Assembly: GCA_000960865.2 (NCBI GenBank)
Contig: JZWU02000031.1
Location: 1-17,721, forward strand
Direction of reading: 5' to 3'
DNA from: Vulcanisaeta sp. AZ3
Lineage (GTDB): Archaea > Thermoproteota > Thermoprotei > Thermoproteales > Thermocladiaceae
Length of the DNA: 17,721 bases
Below are positions 8,016 through 15,333 of this stretch, piece by piece (positions within the stretch are counted from its first letter, which is position 1; every line of letters begins with the position of its first letter). Under the pieces are notes generated by a model. That model was not told the DNA's origin and did no database searches. It was given only the letters and a program-made list of their open reading frames with translations. Both the position numbers and the translations under genes were made by a program.

Positions 8016-8796
8016 TTATGTTGTTTTCATAATGAGTTTACTAATTTCCTTAATTACTTGCCTTACTATGCAATTCTCATCCAAAACCTTGAGATATGCA
8101 GCTTTAGGGTTTGTACGGCTTGGTGCAATTATAGGTTCTACACAGCCATCTGCACTAATGTTATTGATAAGTTGTTCGGTATTTAATCCGTTAAAGATGC
8201 GCCTAAGGCAGTTGTTTAGTTCGTCAGTACGTAAGATCCTCTGGCCACCTAATGATACTATTGATACTCTAATGCATTCACTAACTGATGCAGCGTATCT
8301 AATACTCACCTTTCCATCCTCTACTTTAATTACGTCTAAATCCACAGCTAATCCAATCAAGGTCTTGAAGGCTACGTCATTAAGCCATGCGGTTGGTGAT
8401 AATTCCCTTATTCTATGGTTAACTTCCTCATGAAGCTCATTGAGACTTATTAAGTCACGCTCGCTCACTGTAATTATAAGTAATTTATAATGGGGTATTT
8501 CGTTATAGAATATTAAGTGCATTAATGTCTTTGCCAAGTATATATCATTATTTAATGCCTTAAATATTGTGTTTCCAATCTCAGTCAATCTGACATTGCA
8601 ATCCTTGTCAACACTTATTAGACCAATTCTTTGGAAAAACCTAGTTATATCACCCCTACCCTTACCTATATCTAATCCCCTTTCCCTAATAGTTGAACAA
8701 TTAACCCCAGGATTATCCCCAATAAAAACTAAATAATCTATGAGCTTACTAAGGCTTATCCGTGGAAAAAGGGATACTCCTCTGTATACCTAGCAT
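8016..8796 (-). pseudogene. Tandem winged-helix-like hypothetical protein, about 259 aa if a +1 frameshift at the T5 run (8770-8766) is repaired; pseudogene, recoded gene or sequencing error
   Basis: The ORF track starts at TTG 8588, but that frame is open for another 67 codons up to a TAG at 8792-8790 with no ATG, GTG or TTG. The extension reads like protein (FPRISLSKLIDYLVFIGDNPGVNCSTIRERGLDIGKGRGDITRFFQRIGLISVDKDCNVRLTEIG). ATGs at 8796, 8805 and 8820 lie in the neighbouring frame, which stops at 8751-8749. Confidence 0.65.
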
Positions 8797-9115
8797 ACAA
8801 GACATAGAGTTATTATGCATGATTTATTACAACCTCGCTGTAAAATAACACTATTACCTATTACCCTATTAAAACCCTCGATTCTAACCTCAACTCCTCA
8901 AACTATATCCCTCATCTAATTAATGCATAATATGTAGCTTCTTATGTTAAAGTGCTAAATTATCGTATTTTCAGAATCTTAACTCTAAAATTGACTAGAG
9001 CATCCAATTACTTATTAAGTTTTTATCAGGGTTATGATGCTTCTGATGATTAACGATATACTATACCTGCTAATTATTTATTCTTAACAAATCTATAACG
9101 TCAACATTTTATCCG

Positions 9116-9126
9116 TTTATTAAATA
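9116..9126 (+). promoter_or_regulatory. Putative TATA box for the Zn-ribbon gene
   Basis: TTTATTAAATA ending 26 nt before the ATG at 9152. Confidence 0.5.
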
Positions 9127-9151
9127 TTCGAGCAATTTCAGTACCTAATCA

Positions 9152-9421
9152 ATGGTATCGGAGGAGTCATTAAAGTTGGAATTAAGTTTGAGGTGCCCAA
9201 TCTGTGGCTCTAACCTCCAACTAATCGAGAACTCGATGTACGTAATCCTCGGGTGCCAAAAATGCAAAATATACACTAGAATGACTAAGAAACACATCTA
9301 TAGGATGTACCTTGAGTATGAGGGCAATTATGTGCATTTAAAATGGGCGGAATTAATTAAAGAACTATACATTAGGATTAGTAATAAAACAAATGAAACA
9401 TATGATCAATCAATACCATAA
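9152..9421 (+). CDS. Small Zn-ribbon hypothetical protein
   Basis: CPICG-x16-CQKC followed by a helical C-terminus; properly placed TATA box; no overlap with longer ORFs. Confidence 0.75.
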   Translation: MVSEESLKLELSLRCPICGSNLQLIENSMYVILGCQKCKIYTRMTKKHIYRMYLEYEGNYVHLKWAELIKELYIRISNKTNETYDQSIP

Positions 9422-9437
9422 TAATGGTCATTAATAT

Positions 9438-9965
9438 TTACAACTCATCAAGAATTAGGTAGAACTTAACGTTAGATCTTCTTAAATGTTCAAGAATAGG
9501 TTCTAGGACCGTTACAATACCATAAGAGGGCTTGTCCTTGATGTATGGTTCATATAGATGTACATAAACCTTAATACCCATATTTGTCAAATCAATAACT
9601 CTATAAGCATCTAGGTGTATAACTACTTCCTCAGTTAATGGGCAATTATTACTGGAGATGTAGTTAATTACTTTGAAGCCCAACTTACTCATGAAGTTAA
9701 TCCTATCTTGTGATATGCAAGGGTATGTGATGATTTTGTTAATTCCTCTATCTAATATTGATTTAATGATTGAGGGGTAACGAAGTAACTCATCAATCTG
9801 TCTCTTATCAATCATTAGCCCATATACCTTGCATCCAAGGTTTCTAATGTGCTCTATGTTTAACATCCTAACTATACAGTCATCACCGCAGCAATTAACT
9901 CCTAAGTGAAAGACTCCAAGTACTAAATCCCAATACTTACTTATAATCTCTCTCAATTCATCCAT
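9438..9965 (-). CDS. Hypothetical alpha/beta protein (6 Cys, repeated G-x-K-V strand starts)
   Basis: 175-aa ORF overlapping the DUF429 gene stop by 8 nt; normal amino-acid composition; no family recognised. Confidence 0.75.
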   Translation of the reverse strand: MDELREIISKYWDLVLGVFHLGVNCCGDDCIVRMLNIEHIRNLGCKVYGLMIDKRQIDELLRYPSIIKSILDRGINKIITYPCISQDRINFMSKLGFKVINYISSNNCPLTEEVVIHLDAYRVIDLTNMGIKVYVHLYEPYIKDKPSYGIVTVLEPILEHLRRSNVKFYLILDEL

Positions 9966-10527
9966 TAATTATCACCTTAGGTTCACAATCACTGCGAGGA
10001 ATAATTAGTGAACCCTCACCTTCATAACCAATCAATTCCTCAGTACATCCATGACTATGAAGAAGGCAAGTAAAGGCTGCCACCAAGGCATCAAGCTCAT
10101 GCTTGTTATTCACCATCGGCCCTCTAAATACTGACGTTATTAAGGCTAAAAACTCTTGCTTACTCATGTTCAGTACCTTGAGGGTTGATGTTGGATGGCA
10201 CTCAAGTACATTGATCCCCCTATCCCTTAATTCGCTGGCTATCTCAATACCGTAGTTGGTTAATTCTCTCATAGGACCGAGCAAGGGTGGAATAAGCCTT
10301 AACCCTCTTTCTCTTGCTTTAACCTCAATTAACCTATTAATACCATACCTAGGCAAGCCTAGGGGTGCATCAATGCAAACAAGCTTAGGATTATTCATTA
10401 ATGTCATCTCTACTACTTCTTTCTTATTCGAAAGTGTGCGCACGTAATATGTATGATTAATAATATTCAACGTTCCAAAACCAGTCCTCCTTTTACCAGG
10501 TAATGCTAAGTCGATACCAACATACAT
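9958..10527 (-). CDS. DUF429-family predicted nuclease (RNase H-like fold)
   Basis: YVGIDLA, VCIDAPLGLP, VLECHP and HELDALVAA motifs typical of DUF429; ATG overlaps the dtdA stop (TAATG). Confidence 0.85.
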   Translation of the reverse strand: MYVGIDLALPGKRRTGFGTLNIINHTYYVRTLSNKKEVVEMTLMNNPKLVCIDAPLGLPRYGINRLIEVKARERGLRLIPPLLGPMRELTNYGIEIASELRDRGINVLECHPTSTLKVLNMSKQEFLALITSVFRGPMVNNKHELDALVAAFTCLLHSHGCTEELIGYEGEGSLIIPRSDCEPKVIING

Positions 10528-11354
10528 TAAGTTCTCTTCACCAATCTAACGCCTAGCCTATTAAGAGTCTCACTAACTAATCTCCTCTCCTCCCCCTTAA
10601 GAGCCTTCCAACTGACATAGGCCTTCACTGGCTTATCAACCATCATGTTTACAGCCTTAATAATCATATCCTCGGTGATAGGACTTATGTACTTAGGTAT
10701 TGCATGTCCAATATCAGCCTCACCGTCGAGCACTCTATTGCCCAGAGTAAGGTAATGAAGATCGCCGATTGATATTGCAGGTTCTCCATTGCTCATCAAT
10801 TTACCTTCGAGAAACTCATTGACAACGTAATAAAGTAACTCCCAACCCTTGTCAACAGCCCAATCCCTCTCAGAGCTACCTTGCTCTATAAAGGTCACTG
10901 GTATTGACGTAATTGTTGGGCCATGATGTGTTGCTTCTATGTTGCATTCAAAATTCTCTAACCCATAATCACTCCTTAGCCTACATAGCTCTTTATAGAA
11001 TGCTGTGATTGTGTGAGGGTTAGCAAGTGATACAGTGTCTGGTCTTCCGCCAAGTTCAGCAACGCTCCAATTACCTGTTACGTGAGATGTGAACATAGGT
11101 CTCGGATTTTTCATGGAATGTCGACTCACGAATATCAATTCCCTAGGTTTCTCCTCAAGTCTATATGTCAATTCCTCAACCTCATCAAGGTAGACGATAT
11201 CTTTATTGAGAGCTAAGAACGCAACATGGTCCTTTAAGTTATATATTTCATAATCACCGACGGTTAGTCGGTGCCTTAAAGCCCCCTCCTTATTAAATAA
11301 CTCCCAAACGCCTCTCGACACAGCATCAACCCTACTAAACACAATGCCGTGCAT
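10527..11354 (-). CDS. dtdA: D-aminoacyl-tRNA deacylase, archaeal type (DTD2, COG1650)
   Basis: FVSRHS, FTSHVTGN, EATHHGPT, FIEQGS.E.DW, G..HY, GHAIPKY, WKALKGEER; SD-like GGGTGAG upstream. Confidence 0.9.
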   Translation of the reverse strand: MHGIVFSRVDAVSRGVWELFNKEGALRHRLTVGDYEIYNLKDHVAFLALNKDIVYLDEVEELTYRLEEKPRELIFVSRHSMKNPRPMFTSHVTGNWSVAELGGRPDTVSLANPHTITAFYKELCRLRSDYGLENFECNIEATHHGPTITSIPVTFIEQGSSERDWAVDKGWELLYYVVNEFLEGKLMSNGEPAISIGDLHYLTLGNRVLDGEADIGHAIPKYISPITEDMIIKAVNMMVDKPVKAYVSWKALKGEERRLVSETLNRLGVRLVKRT

Positions 11355-11400
11355 CCTAACTCACCCAGAATATTAACAAATACTGTTTAATTCTTTAACC

Positions 11401-13053
11401 TTAAAGTAACATATCTAGTTTAATCTCTGCAATGGCTATGGGATACTCTAACCCAAAGGCCATTATTACGTCAGGCCTTAACTCCATAACGAAGCCAACA
11501 TCCCTACTACTAACCATTACACATGCTGTCCTGCCAGGTAACCCTGATGGCGATTCACATGGCCTTAATACATAATCAATGCCTACACTCGCCATTAATG
11601 TCTTTAGAGTTGATAATCCATCAGTTAATGTTACCTCAGGTCCACTGATTGCATAACTAAGTACGAGATTTTCCTTAACCCCAACTTCACTACTTGCATC
11701 TGACGATGCCACATAACCAACCTCGAATATCCTAAATACTCTCTCAATTAGAGGCTTGTTTCTTCCCATAACCTCAAGGAGTTGAGGCCATATGTGATCC
11801 CTAATCACTGTGTATAATTCAGACTTCGGATTTTCAACTTCAACGAGATCTCTCTGATCCATAGTCTTACTTACCATTACGTCCCTATTACTCATCATGT
11901 AATTAAGAACCTCTTGAAAACCCATACCTACCATTACGTCCCTAATGACATCTGTGAAAAGCCCTAAGGCATTCCTTAGCCCCCTAACAGACTGCCTCGG
12001 TACTTCCCTAGGTATGTTCTCATAGCCGTAAGCCACAGCCACATCCTCAACAATATCCACAGGATGAAGAACACTAAATCTATACGGAGCAACCCTAACT
12101 AGCAACTCATCATTATGATCAACAACATCATGTCTAGACATCAATAAGTAATTAATCACGTCCTCCTTCTTCAACTCAAGTCCTAAGTAATCATTTATGA
12201 AATTAACCGAGACCCTGAACTCTAAGGGATCTAACGTTGGCGATTGGATCTTGCCATATGGCGCTTCAATATTCACAAGCTCAACAACTTTAGAACTACT
12301 CCTTTCGAGTAGATTATACGTTAAGACTGAAAGCACGGACTTAGCCAGTCTTAAATCCGTGGATGTTACATCAATCAATACATTCCTAGTTTCCTCAGTG
12401 ACCTTGAAATCCTCACTACCTAATACAGGTATTATTACTAATACTCTACCCTCCGAATCTACTAGTACCGGCGCCCTCCCATTATACACAGCATACCTAC
12501 CATATGCCTTACCCTTCTCAGTACTCTCAATAATCTCAATACCACTCATCTCCATCTCACTATCTAAGGGCCTATACCTAATTCTACTAAGATCCTCAAG
12601 CCTATAGGTAAGTGGAGACTTCACTTTATCAGCATCGTAAAAGCCAATGGCCATCTTACGCCTATCCCTGCCATAAGTTGCATGCAACTTTTCCTGCAAC
12701 TGGATCATTTGCTTAATTGCCTCATTACTTAGCCTTAAATCACGAACGATACCCATGGCTATAAATGGCCTATTAGGTACATCCTCAACAATAAGCTTAA
12801 ACCCATTATTTACAACACTTAACCTGGGCATGCCAAGCTCAATCTTTAACAATCCCTTTAGCATCCTTGCTATACCCTCCACGGAAAAGAGGTCAGGCCT
12901 ATCATGCGTTGCCTCAAAGGTAACATCATCACCAGACACAACCTCAACCTCACCCTTAAGCCTATTCAACATAGACACTAATTCCTCCTCACTTCTAAAA
13001 TACTTACCCAACAATCCCTCTAAGTCACTACGTTTAAAGGTAATAAGAGGCAT
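11401..13053 (-). CDS. pheT: Phenylalanine--tRNA ligase beta subunit (archaeal type)
   Basis: DRPDLFSVEGIAR, QLQEKLH.TYGRDRRKMAIG, PYRFSVLHPVDIVEDVAVAYGY, GFQEV, ENPKS, RIFEVG. Confidence 0.97.
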   Translation of the reverse strand: MPLITFKRSDLEGLLGKYFRSEEELVSMLNRLKGEVEVVSGDDVTFEATHDRPDLFSVEGIARMLKGLLKIELGMPRLSVVNNGFKLIVEDVPNRPFIAMGIVRDLRLSNEAIKQMIQLQEKLHATYGRDRRKMAIGFYDADKVKSPLTYRLEDLSRIRYRPLDSEMEMSGIEIIESTEKGKAYGRYAVYNGRAPVLVDSEGRVLVIIPVLGSEDFKVTEETRNVLIDVTSTDLRLAKSVLSVLTYNLLERSSSKVVELVNIEAPYGKIQSPTLDPLEFRVSVNFINDYLGLELKKEDVINYLLMSRHDVVDHNDELLVRVAPYRFSVLHPVDIVEDVAVAYGYENIPREVPRQSVRGLRNALGLFTDVIRDVMVGMGFQEVLNYMMSNRDVMVSKTMDQRDLVEVENPKSELYTVIRDHIWPQLLEVMGRNKPLIERVFRIFEVGYVASSDASSEVGVKENLVLSYAISGPEVTLTDGLSTLKTLMASVGIDYVLRPCESPSGLPGRTACVMVSSRDVGFVMELRPDVIMAFGLEYPIAIAEIKLDMLL

Positions 13054-13070
13054 CTTAGCTACGGACTGTA

Positions 13071-13090
13071 GAAACCTAATTAAGTATTTT
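13071..13090. promoter_or_regulatory. Candidate bidirectional promoter shared by pheT and the PEBP gene
   Basis: Palindromic TAATTA (13077-13082) lies exactly midway between the pheT ATG (13053) and the PEBP GTG (13106), with a purine-rich BRE-like stretch on each strand (GAAAC on +, AAAATAC on -). Confidence 0.5.
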
Positions 13091-13105
13091 ATCTAGAGAG
13101 TAAGT

Positions 13106-13711
13106 GTGGGAAGAATATTACGATTAATATGGATTTCATTAGTCATAGCTATAGCTGCAGTACTCACAATTGTAGTTCTCACGGTATTAATACAACAAGG
13201 AGCTAAGACACAGATGTACGTGATTGGTCTCGTAAAAGTTCCAGCAAAAGCACAGAGAATAATTGTGAAATCCACATTCACTAACGGTTCATTAATACCA
13301 TCAAAATATACATGTAACGGCACAGACATCTCAATACCACTGAAACTTATCGGCATACCCAATAATACAGTCTCTTTAATGATAATTATAGAAGACCTTA
13401 ATGCACCAAGTGGTGTATTCATACATTGGGCCCTCTATAACATACCACCAAACACTACTACTATCCCGCAAGGTGTGCCAAACCAATACTACGTGCCTGG
13501 ACTTGGTTATCAAGGCATCAACGACTTCGGTAGAGTAGGTTATGGAGGACCTTGCCCTCCGCCGGGTCCTCCTCATGAATACGTAATTGTAGTTTTAGCG
13601 TTAAATAGTACCATAGAGCCCAAGCCCAATGTTAGCGATAGAACCTTGATAAGTAAATTAAATACTAGTGATATTGTGGGTTATGGAATCCTCATTGGTT
13701 ATTACGGTTGA
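13106..13711 (+). CDS. YbhB/YbcL (PEBP/Raf kinase inhibitor-like) family protein with N-terminal membrane anchor
   Basis: YTCNG.DIS.PL, EDLNAP.G.FIHW.LYNIP, QGINDFG..GYGGPCPP.G.PHEY...V.AL; hydrophobic residues about 4-29. Confidence 0.9.
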   Translation: MGRILRLIWISLVIAIAAVLTIVVLTVLIQQGAKTQMYVIGLVKVPAKAQRIIVKSTFTNGSLIPSKYTCNGTDISIPLKLIGIPNNTVSLMIIIEDLNAPSGVFIHWALYNIPPNTTTIPQGVPNQYYVPGLGYQGINDFGRVGYGGPCPPPGPPHEYVIVVLALNSTIEPKPNVSDRTLISKLNTSDIVGYGILIGYYG

Positions 13712-14367
13712 CCTAACAATTGCCTTATCTCCTCCAACCTCTTTCTTAAATCCTCGTTTTCCATCCTTAACCTATTATTCTCATTCATCAGTTCGTTAAT
13801 TCTTCCTTCTAACTCCCTAACCCTGCCTAAGGCCTCATCTTTCTCCCTCTTTAATTTCTCAACATCCTCACCACTGGCACCCATAGATACTCCCATTTCC
13901 CTACACTTCTCTGCTACCCTATCACTCCTAATCCAGTAAATTACTTGAGTCGCATCCTTATTCCATTTAAGTTCCCCAGTGTCTATGTTGAGTTCCAGAG
14001 TCGTTGATATTACGAAGACATCCCCACGTTCCAGCTTATACTTAGGCACAATCTCATCGAAAAACCATCTCTTCATCGAATCAAAGATCTCATCAAGAGA
14101 ATCCTTAAAGTTTTGAGAGTTCCTAATACTGTTAAATAGTTCATTGGCCTTATCCTCAGGAAATTGGGACCTAAGACTACCACCAATGGCGCCAAAGAGC
14201 AACCTAAAGAAGTCAGGCCTACCCTCCCTACCATACTTACCAAACAACCTAGCCGCTGAAGTCTTACCTGTGACCCACCTAATCCTAAGCACATTACCCT
14301 TAACTAACTCCGCAGTAACACCCCCTCGCTCAAGTTCCTCCTCCCCCCTCCCCTCCTCACTCCTCAT
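13702..14367 (-). CDS. ThermoDBP single-stranded DNA-binding protein (Thermoproteales replacement for canonical SSB) with C-terminal leucine-zipper coiled coil
   Basis: IRW.TGKTSA.RLFG.YG..GRP.FF.LLFGA..GSLR.QF and WFF.E.VP.Y.LERGD.F.IST...TGEL.WN...TQ.IYWIRSDR match my recollection of Thermoproteus ThermoDBP; C-terminal heptad repeat. The 3' end overlaps the convergent PEBP gene by 10 nt. Confidence 0.9.
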   Translation of the reverse strand: MRSEEGRGEEELERGGVTAELVKGNVLRIRWVTGKTSAARLFGKYGREGRPDFFRLLFGAIGGSLRSQFPEDKANELFNSIRNSQNFKDSLDEIFDSMKRWFFDEIVPKYKLERGDVFVISTTLELNIDTGELKWNKDATQVIYWIRSDRVAEKCREMGVSMGASGEDVEKLKREKDEALGRVRELEGRINELMNENNRLRMENEDLRKRLEEIRQLLGQP

Positions 14368-14391
14368 ACATTATAGTAATTATATTATTCC

Positions 14392-14399
14392 AATAAAAA
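14392..14399 (-). promoter_or_regulatory. Putative TATA box for ThermoDBP
   Basis: Minus-strand TTTTTATT ending 25 nt before the ATG at 14367. Confidence 0.5.
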
Positions 14400-14535
14400 C
14401 CTTATTACTGTATGCCCATTGATAATACGCCTCACCATCGTCCTGAGTGAAAATCATGACTTATTAGTTATTTCTTTGATATATTTTTATAATTATTAAG
14501 GGCACACACTCCATAATAGTTAAGATGATTAGATT

Positions 14536-14543
14536 TTTAAATA
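14536..14543 (+). promoter_or_regulatory. Putative TATA box for the HTH-PRTase gene
   Basis: TTTAAATA ending 24 nt before the in-frame ATG at 14567, which supports that start over 14525. Confidence 0.5.
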
Positions 14544-14566
14544 ATTGTTTAAACATAGACAAATGC

Positions 14567-15304
14567 ATGCGTACCGGAAGGAGGCTCGCTAAGGTTAATG
14601 AGCAATTAGAGGCTGTGGATTTAATCAATATGGTCAGGTCAATATATAATCTATCCTATAGAGAGCTATCTCAAATTCTCGACATACCAGAGAGCATTCT
14701 CTGTAGATATGCAAATGGTGATTTATTGCCATCCTTAAATACTGTGGATATCATAAAGGATAGATTGAAGGTAATGCTGAACCTCACGGAAGTTCTAAGA
14801 AGGAGCATTACCGTAAAAGATGGGTTCATAGACTTAAACAACATATTATTTAACCCATATATATTAAAACTCTATCAGAGGAGGGTGTTGGAGGTATTCT
14901 CAGACCTATCAATAAATAAGGTATTAACAGCGGCAACAGATGGAATACCTCTCTCAGTAATGGCATCCTACGCATTAAACGCAGGATTAGCCATAGCCAA
15001 GCAATACAAGGATGTAGCCTCTGAGGAGTTCTACGAGGTAAGTTACGTAACAATCTCGCCGCCACGCAGAGTCTCCCTATATTTACCAAAACAATTACTT
15101 GGATTAGGAGATGAAGTCTTGATAGTTGATGATATCGTCAGGACAGGTAAAACCCTAGATGCACTTATCAAAATGATAAGGGATGCGGGGGCTAGACTTG
15201 CAGGTATTTCCGTATTAATATCAATGGATAATTCATGGATCGAGAGAATCAAGGACCTTGGCGTTCGTATTGATGTCGTTCTAAACCTAGCCCAAAGAGT
15301 ATAA
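14567..15304 (+). CDS. XRE-like HTH + type I phosphoribosyltransferase (adenine PRT/PurR-like) fusion protein
   Basis: HTH LSYRELSQILDIPESILCRYANG, TAATDGIP, and the PRPP-binding loop VLIVDDIVRTGKTL. Start moved from 14525 to 14567 on TATA position. Confidence 0.85.
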   Translation: MRTGRRLAKVNEQLEAVDLINMVRSIYNLSYRELSQILDIPESILCRYANGDLLPSLNTVDIIKDRLKVMLNLTEVLRRSITVKDGFIDLNNILFNPYILKLYQRRVLEVFSDLSINKVLTAATDGIPLSVMASYALNAGLAIAKQYKDVASEEFYEVSYVTISPPRRVSLYLPKQLLGLGDEVLIVDDIVRTGKTLDALIKMIRDAGARLAGISVLISMDNSWIERIKDLGVRIDVVLNLAQRV

Positions 15305-15333
15305 GTTATAAGTCATTAATTAATGGCCTCTTA

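Noticed and set aside
8851-8871. CTATTAC-CTATTACC-CTATTA short tandem repeat
   Set aside because: Only three short imperfect units with no spacers; not CRISPR-like and plausible by chance in AT-rich DNA.
8790-8915. In-frame upstream extension of the wHTH ORF from ATG 8915 through TGA and TAG (possible read-through)
   Set aside because: Needs two stop read-throughs and gives an implausible Cys-rich segment; the single frameshift to ATG 8796 is simpler.
9030-9075. ATGATGC..CTGATGA C/D-box-like words
   Set aside because: The boxes overlap or abut with no guide-length spacers and no terminal D box.
14419-14480. GC-richer patch with TTGATAA...CTGA resembling half a C/D sRNA between ThermoDBP and the HTH-PRTase
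   Set aside because: Degenerate C box, 17-nt spacer, no convincing second box pair, and no rRNA or tRNA target I could recognise.
14525-14566. ORF-track N-terminal extension of the HTH-PRTase (MIRFLNNCLNIDKC)
   Set aside because: It contains the likely TATA box; ATG 14567 fits the leaderless spacing seen for other genes in the window.
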